Assembly: GCA_028534125.1 (NCBI GenBank)
Contig: CM052816.1
Coordinates: forward strand, 74,092,001-74,156,000
DNA: 64,000 bases
Reading direction: 5' to 3'
Source of the DNA: Lama glama
Taxonomy: Eukaryota
Part shown: positions 51,583 to 64,000 of the stretch, in pieces
Layout of the letters: every line of letters starts with the position of its first letter
Position numbering within the stretch: position 1 is the stretch's first letter
Translations under genes and position numbers: made by a program
The notes under the pieces: generated by a model
The model's input: the letters and a program-made list of their open reading frames with translations, nothing else
Told to the model about the DNA's origin: nothing
Database searches by the model: none

Positions 51583-51934
51583 TATGATGGCCAGTTTTAG
51601 GGGTCAGTTTAACTAGGCCACAACCCTCACTTATTCAATCAAACATTAATCTAGGTGTTGCTGAGAAGATGTAATTAAAATCCTAATCAGTTGACTTTGA
51701 GGGATATTATCTGGGTGGGTCTGATTCAATTAGCTCAAAAGTTTTAAGAGCAGAAGAAAAACATTCCACCTGTTTAACTCAGCTCCAGCTCCCCCAGAGA
51801 TTTCCAGCCAGCCCTTCAGGAAGGCCTGTCCTATGGATTTGCTTCCACAATCATGTAAACCAACTCCTTGCAATAAATCTCGTAATATACATCTCCTACT
51901 AGTTTTGTATCTCTAGTTGAACTCTTACTGATAC
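51583..51934. mobile_element. MLT2 (ERVL) LTR
   Basis: taactaggccaca...tcaaacattaatctaggtgttgctg...ttccttgcaataaatctc...tactgataca. Confidence 0.75.
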
Positions 51935-52594
51935 AAAGGGTATTAATGAGTTTAAAGAGGAGAGCTTCAGAGACCACTTAATGAAGAGAATTTCTTTGGA
52001 GGGAGGTGTGCTTTGATTCCTTCTGCTTGAGTTAGCTGAGGCTTCCATGGGGCTCCTGAGAGTTTGGCATGGGTGCCCTGAAGCTGGGGGCAGCTTGGAC
52101 AGGTCACAACTGCTGAGGATGAGTTGGTGGGCTCGCTCCTTTAGCAGAGGAGCTACTAAAACCGGGACAGGGTCTTCCAAGTAAAGACAGGAATTAAACA
52201 TACATTGACACTTGCTTCCTGGTGAAAACTGACTCAAACGATTATACATGGATTTTCTAAAAAGCCATAAATCCATAAAGATGGGAAAAGAGACAACAGG
52301 AGCAAACTTTTGTTGGGAAGGTAGTAGTAAAAAAACAAAAAACAAACAAAGAAAAACCTAGCAGAAACTATCAATATCTGAACACACGACCAGCCAACGA
52401 AAGAGAAGAAAAATTCTCAGAGTTCCCTTATAGGGAACAGGGGACGAAAATACTTAACTCCAAATTCTCAGACGCATTTGGATAAACATAGATATTCACT
52501 GTTTTAGTACTGGGTTACCCTGAGTTTTCAAAAGCACGTGTCAGAAAATACAATCGACTTGCTATCACCATAAAATACGCTCAAATCAATGTCT

Positions 52595-53188
52595 AGGTGT
52601 GCCGGTTATGGATTGGTTGACCTTCAGCTCCAAACTCACCATTTTGGACTGCTCTGTGGAAACAGTTCTGGTACCTGGTAAATATTTTTCCTTTGCCAGC
52701 TGGGACGATATTCAGCTGTGATGGGCTCCTGCAGGGTGGCAGGTGGATGAGAGGTGGCATCCAGAGACCAGCGGCAGTCCCCTCCCCCACTCTGGATCCC
52801 GGTCCCGAGCAGTTTTGTAGCCCAGTGCCTGCAGGGAGCCCCAACTACTCCCCCAGCACCCTAGAAGGTGTTTACAGAAAATTCCAAAGGACATGGCACC
52901 GCCGCGATTTCTCCGCCATTCCACGGGCCACAGCCGAGCTCTCTCCAGCCAAGTGTGGATCTCAGCCTGGTGGAGCCGGGCTTCTCTCCCGTGTTCTCTC
53001 AGCCCCGGGACGGTGGCTGCCCCTTCTCTCTGCCACTCCTATAGGCTTTAGAGTTCTCTCTGCTTATGGGCTAGAGCCAATCCCTCTTATGTCAGTCATC
53101 ACCTCATTTAGTAGTAATTCTTTATGTTAAAAATTTCCTGCTTAAGCTACTGTACATTTTCTCTTTCCCGGTAGGATCCACACTGATG
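52595..53188 (+). mobile_element. Old ERVL-type LTR (LTR16/33/40-like)
   Basis: tgtgccggttatggattgg...agctccaaa start and ...ttttctctttcccggtaggatccacactgat end resemble ERVL LTRs. Family uncertain. Confidence 0.5.
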
Positions 53189-53735
53189 GGGTGGAGGAGA
53201 AGCAAAATAGATAAACATTAAACTTTTAAAAGTTTACTCTGAAAGTGCACAAGGAACAATTTGTAGAGACCTCTTAAAATCTCAAGGGGCTTAGATAAAA
53301 ACAGTCCTCTTCTGTCAAATTCTGAAACAATTGAGGGTTGAGATTTAACTATTGCCTCTGTTACTGATGAAAGCCAAAATAAGGGACATGGTCTCGGTGT
53401 GTGTTCTCTGAGGGCTTTACCAATACTGTGCCCCCGAATCATAGACTCACGGTCCCAGGCATAGGCAGTGGAGGAATGGGGCAGGCCTTCTTCAGAAGGG
53501 CCAGGCTGATACTGCAAGGTAGACAGCAATGGGAACTTCCCCTGTCTGCAGGCCGACTGACCGCTCCTGACAGCAATGGAGAACACACACCTGGTATCTT
53601 CTTCCAAAGCCTCTAATTAGGTAAATCACTCCTTCTTCCCAGGAGAGGGGGTAGAAAGTGGTGCAGAGAGGCCAGTAGGATTACAGTCATGCCCTCCACA
53701 TGCCTCCCCCCATCACCTCAGCAAGGTCTGTGTCC

Positions 53736-53884
53736 TTTTTATGTTATTTTGTTTTGTTTTTGAGGGGGAAGTAATTAGTTTTATTTATTTTCTTTCTTTC
53801 TTTCTTAGTGGAGGTACTGGGGATTGAACCCAGGACCTCACTCATGCTAAGCAGGCACTCTACCACTGAGCTATACTCACCCCC
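53736..53884 (-). mobile_element. Vic-1-like SINE
   Basis: ggaggtactggggattgaacccaggacc...ctctaccactgagctatac. Confidence 0.85.
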
Positions 53885-54693
53885 TTCTCTATGGCATTTT
53901 TGTTATTTTTCCAAGTTTCACAAGGACCAATTTTTAAAAAAGACACAGGCACGGTTGGATTATAACACATCAGTTAAAACCCCATGTTCGTAATATCCCA
54001 ATATCGATATGAAGAATGAAGTAACTTTAGAGGTGTTTTTTTTTTTAATTATAAAATTCAGTACAATAACTTCAACTAGGTGCCGCTATAGAAAATTAGC
54101 CATTGTATCAGACACCAATTCTGGCTTGTTGAAACAGAAAGGGGGTTTATTGAAACAGCATTGGGCATCTTGGAGAATTTCAAGGAAGTTCCTGAAAACC
54201 AGGAAATTTTCCTATTGAAAAATAGGAAAACACGAAGGGTGGCCAGCTAGTCAGCACAGCAGCCAGTCAGGAAGTGATCCTGAACACACATTTGGGCTTT
54301 GCCCTGGGGAAATGGATGGCACAGTCACCGTCAGAAAGAATTCTCCATTTGCCCTGCTTCTTTGCAACACTAGCTTCAGATTCAAAGTCCCAGGTGGATG
54401 CATCTGATAGATTGAACCCAGGTCACCTGCTTTCTCCCTAACTGTTAGGTGATCTGGGAAAGTGATTATCTACTGTTCTCATCTGATTGTGGGAGGAAGA
54501 TACAAAGAGATATTCATGAGGGAATTGCCTAAATATAGGAAAGTAGTCCACATGCTAAGAAGTCAAGAGAAAAGAATGAGAAATGTGCACTCCAACTCTT
54601 TTTGGCACTAGTGCAAATAACCATATGTTTGCCTGGATTAATAGGTCATGTTTAAAGCCACAATTTTGTTTGTTTTTAATTTTTTCCAACTAC

Positions 54694-54833
54694 TTTATTT
54701 ATTTTTAAATTTGGGTGGGGGATGGTAATTAGATTTGTTTGTTTGTTTACTTATTTAATGGTGATACTGGGGATTGAACCCAGGACCTTGTGCTTGCTAA
54801 GCACACACTCTACCATGGAGCTAACCTTCCCCC
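54694..54833 (-). mobile_element. Vic-1-like SINE
   Basis: tactggggattgaacccaggaccttgtgcttgctaagcacacactctacca. Confidence 0.85.
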
Positions 54834-56595
54834 GCAACATTAAATCCAGAACTTTGTATTCTATAGTACCTGTATTATCACCAGAGAGATGAAACAGAAA
54901 GTGCAACTTTTAAAGAATTCAAGTCTGCAAGATACAAAATTAATAGGGCAATAAACGTTTATCTTCATTCCCACTAGGAGAATGCAGTAAGAAAATACCC
55001 AAACCCAGAAATATTAAAGTTCTTGTGTTTATTATATCGTATGTTCTTACTACTTTTTAAACTGGAAATACTCCATATACAGCTATTTAATGTCCTTTTC
55101 TCAGTTCAGAAATGGAGCCTCAAGCCAATATTCAAAAATGGCAACCAAACTTTCATTTTTTTCCCCTTTCTGTCTTTTTCTTAACTATTCAGCTTTGGTA
55201 ATAATGTTAATAACTGTTCTGGGCACATTGCTCCTCAATTATTCTTCATCCTAACATTTGCTGCAATTTGGGACTCTCATTTTGAGAGTAAGGTTATAAG
55301 GGAACACAGACAGTTAGTATTTTAAAATAACTTTTGCAAAGTAATATTTCATTTGCTAGGTTGGAAGCCATGAGAGTTAGAGCTCCAAGCACTTTTCCCA
55401 CAGAAAGGAATCACATCTATCCTGGACGGGACACACCTGCGTGCATCAAAGATGTCTTAAAAAAAATTGTTTTAAAGATATGTTTGTAAATTGATATTTC
55501 ATATTCTTAATTAGTTATTTTATTTGTCTTTGTTTTCCAGGCAACCACGTTTGAAACTTGCATTATGATTATAATACACACCGTAAATTTGGTTGATAGT
55601 TTACCTCTGAGCCTCTTACTAGAAGCTCGTTTCTGAGCCCATGGCCAAGTGCTAAATCCTTCAGCATGTTCAGTTCCTGAAAGAAATGAGAACTGGCCTG
55701 TGTGGCTTCTCTGGGGAAGCTATCCACCGTTCCTCTTTCCAATGTCTACCCCCTTGCTCTGTCCTTGGACACAACTCTGTTTTTGAGGGGCAGGGGAGGT
55801 GCATAGACTAGTGGAAAGAGCATGAGTTTTGGCACAAGAAGACATGGATTTGAATCCCAACCTTGCCATTTACTGTGGACAAATTAAACTCTGCAACTCA
55901 ATTCGTCACTTGTAAATTGGGAATAATGTCTACTTCCAGGTTAGTGGATAGGATAATGTACCTAAACTGCCCATTACAATGCCTAGAAAATAGTAGACTT
56001 TCAATAAACGGTAGCTCGTATTAAAATGTTTCCAAGTGATTAGAGAGCAGATTACTCGTCGAATCACAGTGAGGGAAGGTACACCACTGAACTCACTCCT
56101 TTTACCGAAGGGAGGAAAAACCCAGCCCATGGGAAGATGCCTATGCTACTGACCAGAACTTCCATATTTCCTCCTATTTTCACGGTCCGTTGTTGTTTTT
56201 AAGATAAGTTCCTCTTTCGGTTAAAGTTATGGTTCCATCTCCAACTCTGGCAAACTCCTGTTAGTCCTTTAATACTCAGCTCAGTCACACTTGCCTTTCA
56301 TTCATTCTTCAAGCAGGGGAAGTTTACTTTTGTCTCAGAACCTTTGTACTTGCTGTTCTGGCAACACCCAAGGCTGTTCCCACTCATCATTGATTTTTTT
56401 GGCTGAACTGTCATAAGAGATATTTTTTCCCAACTGTCTCATGTATCACCATCCTCCTCCCAGCCAATCACATTCTATTCTATTAGCTTGGCTTATTTTC
56501 TTAATGATATTTGATCTGGAAACATTTCCACTTATTTATGGATTTATTTATATATTTACTTACATGTAGTTCTCTGGCTCCTCCTTAGTTGATAT

Positions 56596-57435
56596 TGTGA
56601 TTTATAATTAGAAATATATTTTTGGTCTTCATCCTATTTGTGGCACAGAGTTCCTAAAAGCCTTGAATTTCCTAAGTGATAAGAGTGATAGAGGTATCTT
56701 GCTACTCAATAACAAACCTCTTTCAACTACAACTGAATTTATGTTAATGAGGTGATTTTTAATCTGCACTAAGGTTAGGGGTTGGTTGCCAAGGGAACCA
56801 ACCAGGTGATTAGAAGGTTGGAACTCTCAGGACCCACCCCCAGGGGAGGGGAGAAGCCTGGAGATTGAGTTCAATTACTAACAGCCAATGGTTCAACTAA
56901 CCATGCCTGAAAAAATGAAGCCTCCACAAAACCCCCAAAGGATAAGGTTTGAAGGGCTTCTGGATTAATGAACAAGAACAAATCCACATGCTGGGAGAGT
57001 AGTACACTCCAAACTCCATGGAGATGGGTGCTCCTTTATCTGGGATCTCTCCGGACCTCCTGCTATGTATCTCTTCATCTGTCTCTTGGTACGTATCTTT
57101 ACTATCTTTTGTTCTAAGCTGCTCTCCTGAGTTCTGTGAGCTACTCTAGCGAATGAACCCGAGGAGGAGGGTATGAGAATTTCCAATGTATAGCTGGTAG
57201 GTCAGAAGGACAAGTAACAATCAGACTTGTGATTGGTGTCTGGAGTGTGTTGGGGTGGGCACTGGGCCCTAAACCGTGGGTTGATAGTGTTAGAATAGAG
57301 TTAAATTGTAGGACACCCAGCTGATGTTGAAGAATTGCTTGATGTGTGGAAAACCCAGGTCTGGTGTCTGAGCTGAAGCAGTGTTGTAGCAGAGGGCTGA
57401 GAGTGAAGGAGACACACAGGAGTGTGCTTTCCTCA
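56596..57435 (+). mobile_element. MER21-like solo LTR inserted in an L2 remnant
   Basis: tgtgatttataat...ttcctca. Reverse-complement similarity to 9752-10718. Confidence 0.75.
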
Positions 57436-57626
57436 GACCACTCCCCTAGAAAGTAAGCTCCATGGAAGCAAGTATCTTGCCTGTCTTGTTTTCAGCTGCT
57501 AATCCTGTAGGATGTGAATCATGAACAAGGAAGGAGACTTTCCGAAAAAGGCCAACACCAAGGAAATCATTCCTGAAAGATGGAGACGACAATTATAGTA
57601 AAAGACATCAACTGACTTCTTGGATC

Positions 57627-58065
57627 TGTTGACAAAAAATTAATCAGCCAATCTAAGAAAGAAATGGAAAATTTTATTTGAGCCAGATTTGAGGATTATA
57701 ACCTGGGAAGAGTATCTCAGAAAGCTGAGAACTGCTCTGCCAGTTTTATAAGTTTTTTTGAGACAGAGGGTTGTACATCAAATGTATTATTGACAGTTTA
57801 CATAACCCAGATCTAAGCGTCATCCTGGTGGTCATGTGGCCTCTTACAAGCTCAAGGAGGAATGTTCTATTTTAAGGAGTTGCCTTGTTGGTGCTGGGAG
57901 AATGTTGCTCCTTATGGTTGAGCAGTATTGCTGCTGATGAGCGAGGTTTGGTGGACACATGATGCAGATACATAGTACACAGTGTGGGGAGAGAGCTTCA
58001 AGGGCAGAGAGTAATTTTTTATGTTTAAATCTTGTCTTGCCATAAAATATGAATTTTATTTCACA
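57627..58065 (-). mobile_element. ERV1-type solo LTR nested in an MLT-like element
   Basis: tgttgac...tttcaca termini, flanks GATC/GACC (3/4 TSD), minus-strand AATAAA near 57677. Confidence 0.7.
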
Positions 58066-60094
58066 GACCCAATTATCCTTGAAACAAAACCAACCTCTTG
58101 GATTTTTCATTATGTGGACCAATTGATTAGGCTAGTTTGTGTTGGTTTCTGTTCTTTGCAACCAGAACAGTGACTAATATACCAGCAAGTGGCATCTCCA
58201 GATTAAACCAACCAACAATCAATTAGGGTTTAAAAGGAATGTACTGTCATAAAACTCCAAGCCTGGCTTGCAGAGTCCTGTGATCACTGGCCCTCCATGC
58301 AGCCCCTAGGCACCCACAGGAAGTGGGTGGCTCAAATGGAAGAGCTCGCAGCTGGAGACTCCTCCACATGGCTTCACTGTTCCTGCCTATCCTTCAGCCC
58401 TTTGCTCCATCCTCCTTACAGACAGAATCCAAAATTTTTTTTTAGGGAAGGCTGACACTGATTATGACAATTGTATTCCCCCATAATGATTGATTTTGGA
58501 ATGGGCCTGTGGTGCAAGTCTGCCCAATGAGCTAGGAGAGGAATTCCTTGGAGGGCTTTTGGAGAAGTTGTCTTTACTCTTCCAAAGGGACTTAAGAAAG
58601 ATGCACTTTTCTCCCCGTCCAGCCTTTGGATATTGAGGGGATGATGTTTAGACCTGTTGCAGCCATCTTGTGATGTGAGGAAATAAACTCAAAGAGAAAA
58701 GCTCTTTCTCTAAACAAAGTCTTGGGGATGGTGGAGCAAAACCACAGCAGTGCCTAAGTGCAGCAGCCACAGGGCTCTGTTCCCCTATGCTGTGTGCGCC
58801 TTTACGCGGCGCAATGGGAACTGCTGAGCTTCTCTTTCATACTCTCTTCGTGTGGAGGTGTCCTGGGAGGGGAGTATTCCCCCATCTTCTTCCCAGGCAC
58901 TGGAAGAATGGACTACAGTCTACTCTTACATTCCCTGTGTGACCATTGCGACACATTTTCTTTAAAAAATCTATAGATCCAAAGCAGGCACTAACCTCTA
59001 TGTTTATCTGTGTCCCTCCCCTTCCCTGGGGGATGTATGTAAAGCTCTTCCAAGAATTCTCCTCCCTGCGCCCACGGTGCTCCTAAGGCAGCTGCGGGAT
59101 AGGCCTGTAGGCCCTGCAGATGAGCCATCAGCCAGAAGGGGAGAGAAATGTCAGTCTCCCCTTCTTGTCAACAACCCGAAACCTGGATTTAACCCAGGGG
59201 GGACTAGAGGAAGAACTACCCTCCCTTCCTCCCTCCACAGGGCAGGAAGAAATTGCCCTCCCCCCAAAACACTGCACTCCTGCCAGAGCTGATGACCTTT
59301 GACTTCTCTCCTACCCTCACCATCCCACTTTTTAGGTTGTGGAGGTGGAGCAGGTGGTGACTGATTTTAGAAAGATTTTTTTCTTTCACCAATTCAAAAG
59401 CCCTTTGGAGGAATACACCCAGCCCCAGCATTGCTCTTTTCAGAGTGTAAGGTATTTAGTCCCTTATATCTTGTATCTCATCTTTGGGCCTCTGTGTTCA
59501 TGCTTGCCTGTGTGCTCCAAATCTAGGGCGACTCACCTGTAATCACATTGCATAATTCAGGCTGTTTGTGGGCTAGATGCTGTCTTAATACATCCCCTTC
59601 ACATGCTGCCGTATGAGAGAATGAGGGCAGCACGTGCTCTCAGCAGGTGGAGCTGACCATGAGGTGATCCCTAAGGCCACAGTAACAAGATCATCTGCTG
59701 AGGAATAAGCTTTAAAAAGTTGACACATACTGGAGCAGAGACAGAAAAAGTTACTTTAGAGAAACCCAATGTCACTCAAGTAGTTAAGGCTAGACTTTAA
59801 CCTGATTGATTGTACTGACTTGTTTAGAGAATTAACCACCGAAAGTAGATACGCTAAGCCATGGACTCATAAAAAATGCAAATTGTTCATTTAAGGACAG
59901 TCCACAAAAGAAGAGAGCTTAGGAATGGACTTCAAGTATTCTAGTCTTATTAACAAAGCCAGTCTTAAAGGGGTCTGGGTGAAGGCCATCGATAGCTTTA
60001 TGGCCTTGGCATAGCTCCACTCCTATTGTGAAGGCCATTCTATTGAGAAATGGTGTTATGCTGTCTTAGCCCAATAGTATGAAAGAGCTGTCTT

Positions 60095-60231
60095 CTTTTT
60101 TTTTTTTGGAGGGGGGAGGTAATTAGGTTTTTAAATTTATTTATCCTTTAATGGAGATACTGGGAATTGAACCCAGGACCTTGTGCATGCTAGGCATGCA
60201 CTATACCACTGAGCTATACCCTCCCCTGCTA
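60095..60231 (-). mobile_element. Vic-1-like SINE with TSD
   Basis: Poly-T tail and SINE core. TSD AAAGA[G/A]CTGTCTT at 60082-60094 and 60232-60244. Confidence 0.9.
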
Positions 60232-61089
60232 AAAGAACTGTCTTTCTAAACTCCTTCCCAATTTCATATTTACCAATCAATGTTCTGAGGATGATTTACT
60301 TCCTGTGTAGCTAACCTTGAGGGTGAGTCATGTAGACTTTGAGGGTTGTGGTCTCTTTGTACTGTAAATAGGAAGCTGGCTTTCTGATTTTATGCATCAC
60401 AGACTTGGTTAATATAGTGCTCCTCTCAGAGGGGGACTTGTTCTACGAGATGAGAAGTCTGCTGGGCCCCTGAGCCAAGCACCAAACCTGTTCCACGGTA
60501 AGACTCCCCACGGGTAACAAGTGCTGGCCTCGGAGGGAGAGGTTATCTACCTTTCCTTATTTGACATCTACCACCCTCTCCCAGTCCACCCAACCTTTGA
60601 GCACAATTATGTTTTTGTGTATAAAATAATGGAAGAAATAAGGGTTTTGACATCAGAAGATCTGGATTTGAATCCCAGCTTTCCGACTCTAATCAACTTG
60701 GAACAAGTTAACTAACCTCGCAGTGCCTCAGTTTCTAAATTTGTAAATCAGGGCTTATCTAGTGGAGGTGACTGCAGGGATAATGTGTATAAAATACTTA
60801 CTAGAATTTCTGAAAACAACAGATGCTCAGTAAACTCTAATTACAGATGTTGACAAGTGGGCAGTAGATTGCTCTCAGGATCACAGAGTGGGAAGGACAT
60901 TCCATTAAACTCACTCTTTTTCCTTGCAATGGTGCAGAGAAAATTTTGCACCCTGTTCCATTAACACTCCCCTTACCTGAAAAACCCAGCACAAAGGAGA
61001 TTTCATTGTTACTTACCACAATTTCAACTTACTCTATCATTCTTGATTAAAGTTGCAGGTCCCATATAAGTTGATGGAACACTTTCCCT

Positions 61090-61562
61090 GAAATGACTCC
61101 CCCGCCCCCTCCTGTTCTTCCTGCCCTCTGGTCCGCAACCCAGATAACTCAGCTCAGACACATGTGCCTTTGTTTCCTGTTCAAACAGGCAGGCCCTTGC
61201 GCCCCGCTGGGCCTTCCCCTTGCCTCACTCTGTCTTCGGAGCTTCATAGACTGGCCTCTTCTCATCCTTCAAGTGCCATTATTTCAGAGAGATCTTTCCC
61301 AACCACCCCATGTACTTACCCATCCCACAGTCATTGTCTGTCTCATCACTTTGCATTATTTTCTCCATAGTATTATCACTACTTCAACTTATTATTTTCC
61401 TCATGTAATGTTTAGTCTTCCCCCACTAAGCTTGACTGGATCAGAAATTGTGTCTGTCTTGTTTACCACACAGAACCCCCTGAGCCTAGAACAGTGAGCT
61501 TAGAACAGTGCCTGGCACACAGCAGTGCTCAGTAAGGACTTCTGAATGTGATAAGTGAATGA
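61090..61562. mobile_element. L2 3' remnant (further L2/MIR remnants at ~950, 1940, 12165, 17000, 24410, 37165, 50530, 55800, 60640)
   Basis: gtctgtcttgtttaccac...agaacagtgcctggcacacagcagtgctcagtaa is a typical L2 3' end. Confidence 0.7.
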
Positions 61563-62569
61563 CTATCCCCTGCCCTGGAAAGCCTGCCTTAACCACCTCA
61601 ATGGACTAGACACTCCTTTGAACGTCCATTGTCGTTTAGGCATTCTTTGTGTAGCACATACTTTGTTAATTACGCTATTTTAAAAATACCTTTTATGATC
61701 CTCCCATGGTAGTTAACCCCTTCAGTGGTGAGAGGGGAAAGAGACAGGGCAAGATAAAACCCTAGAGGGGAGTAGGGCTGGAAACAATTCTGGACTGTTG
61801 GGGTGAGAGTGCTAAATCAGTAGGACTTTCCATCAGGTTCTCATTAAGAACTCTATGGGAGGTGGTCCTGGAGAGATGAGACTCTCTGGGAACCACAGGC
61901 CTGCTTTGCAGTGTATCAGTAGAGTCATACCCATTTCAATCTGCAGTCAGGTGGAGACTGGGCCCTGAGCCTCCCTCAGCTTTCTGGTTGTGCAGAAGGA
62001 TTACAGGAAAGAAGACAGCTGAAATTCTAGCCAGCAGTGTTGAGGGCTTTTGCTGCAAAAGGGGCTGAGCGAGCCTTAGTGAGCCTGATACTGGGCTGCT
62101 AACGGCTGACTGCTGTAGGGTATCAGACGAAAGATATGGTGCGCTTCGGGCTTCTGCAGCACCAGAGACAGCCAAGGCTGAGTCCTGGTCAGCAAAGGGA
62201 GGTCAGTACAAGAACCCACAGCTAGGGCTGAGTCCCTTCCTCTGATATAACAATAACCCAGTAAGCCCTGCCGGTTGCCATCTTGCCAAGTAAAAGGGCT
62301 TTGGGAGAAATAGCCCTGATAGGGAAGTACACTTTAAACTAATGGTCTAGGCAAAATAAAGCTGTTTAAACCCAAAGAGATAGAGATACCTTTAACTGAC
62401 AAATTTAAAGCTTTCTCCTACCCCACCCTCTCCTACTTTATTTAGCTAGTGAGATAGAAGCTGGAAACCCAGCCTTTACTATATTTATTTTTCTCTCCTC
62501 CACTCTTTAGACTTTAAGGACAGAGTCTGTTTTTCAGTTGTGTCTTCCTGCTTTTTAACTCAACTGGGA

Positions 62570-62850
62570 GTCCCAAATGGGAGCTGCACATGTAGTTTTA
62601 CATTTTCTAGCAGCCACACTAAAAACTAAAAGGAAACAAGTGAAGTTAACTTTAATAATGTACTTTGTTTAACTCAGTATAACCAAAATATTATTGTTAC
62701 AACATGTAATCAATATAAAAATCATTAATGAGCTGTTTCCTTTTTTTTCTACTGAGTCTTTAAAATTTGATGTGTATTTGACACTTACAGTGCAGCTTAC
62801 TTTGGACTAGCCCTTCAAGTGTTCAAGAGCCCTGTGTAACTAGGACAGCC
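62570..62850. mobile_element. MER33-like hAT fossil
   Basis: ttttctagcagccacac...gtgaagttaactttaataat. Similar to 5090-5378. Confidence 0.65.
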
Positions 62851-64000
62851 TAGGCCTAACACAATCCCTGTCACAGAGTAGGAAGTAAATGCTCATTCAA
62901 TGAATGAATTTATAATACTAAATGTTATTATTACATCTTCCTGATGCTTAAGAAAGTCTGTTCCTTTCAAAGTAGGGTAGAATAATAAATTATACTTTCC
63001 CTTTGATGTATAGCATCTATGGTGCTTTACTAATAACTACTTGGCATTAAATTTAGAAACAATATAATAAAACATATATATTAACATGGTTTAAAAATGC
63101 ACATTCAAGTATGACATGCTTGTATCAAATGGCAGCTCAAAAAAAAAAAAACCTTTCAGTCCTGTCCAAAATAAATATATGTATACTTTGTCCTTGATTG
63201 CATGGACTATAGCTAATATTTGTGTAGCCTGGGATAATCCAACCATTACATTTCACAGAATCTCAGAGGTTTGTTTTTTAAAATTCAGTTGAGATGTTCT
63301 ATATTCAATTACTAACCCATTTAGTTGTCAGTTGCTTGACTTCCCAATAATCAATAACAATGCTCTCTTTACTTAATTGGAGATTAATTTGGTCAAAAAG
63401 ACAGTCTGTGCCTTGTGGAAATTTCCTGTTGTGCAAGATGATCATCCTCAGTGCTATCTGGCTAGTCATTTCCTGTTGTGAACCCCTGGAGTTGGAACTA
63501 TTGCTATCCCTTTCCAAGGACAAAGCTGTACCTTCTTTCTCATGTTTGTCCTTACTGCCTTTCAATGCATTCTAATATGCCAAGAATGTTTACCCACCCC
63601 GCTCCCAGAAAATTACAGTTGATCACAATCAAGTGTGTCTCTCCCTTTCTCTTTATCACCTAGTTTATGAAGGTATAAATCACATTGATTCTGGAACAGA
63701 ATGAATGTCATGAGCAATGTTGTGGAATGATAACTATTACTGAGTGGTCCTCTTCCCCAAGTAACTTATGCCACCACTTCACAGTGATTCCATTGCCAGT
63801 ATATTTTGCCACTTTCCTGCTGAGAATGTCTCTTACAAGGTTAGTATCTGTGGTGGATAATAAATTTCACACAACCTTAGTTGTGTGATGCACAGAATCA
63901 TCAACCAGCCCTTATCAACAGCATTCCTGGGTCATAATGAAACTGAGCTGGGAAGAGTTACAAACAATGCTCAGCATCTCATGGTCCCTCTCCAAAGCTA

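Noticed and set aside
55520..60505. Isolated good splice signals (acceptor at ~55540, donor ACG|GTAAGA at ~60497) as exons of a neighbouring gene such as HMGCS1
   Set aside because: No recognisable coding frame and no CpG-island promoter nearby. No HMGCS1 or TMEM267 sequence is identifiable in the window.

Overview
Mammalian genomic DNA, most likely camelid, judged from six copies of a Vic-1-like tRNA-derived SINE and cetartiodactyl-type L1 3' ends. The only protein-coding gene I can support is CCL28 on the + strand. It has 3 coding exons (6239-6302, 17737-17863, 22816-23005), canonical GT-AG junctions and an intact 126-aa product. Intron 1 contains a CpG island (~14100-14830) with NRF1, ETS and E-box motifs that looks like a second promoter. 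A strong CTCF-like motif lies just 3' of the gene. The remaining ~40 kb is repeat-dense intergenic DNA with layered endogenous retroviruses: (1) a deleted class I provirus with LTR, Lys PBS, hairpin-repeat leader and gag remnant (25440-28017); (2) a probable betaretroviral LTR with a perfect 6-bp TSD nested in a class I LTR across a 500-N assembly gap (30505-31331); (3) an old two-LTR ERV1 (42185-48940) carrying a younger solo LTR. Almost all ORF-track entries are spurious. I see no convincing novel multi-gene system. The best leads are the intronic promoter (possible leaderless CCL28 isoform), the ERV hidden at the gap, and the deleted provirus pointing antisense at CCL28. Repeat family names are from recall of consensus sequences, not from a search.
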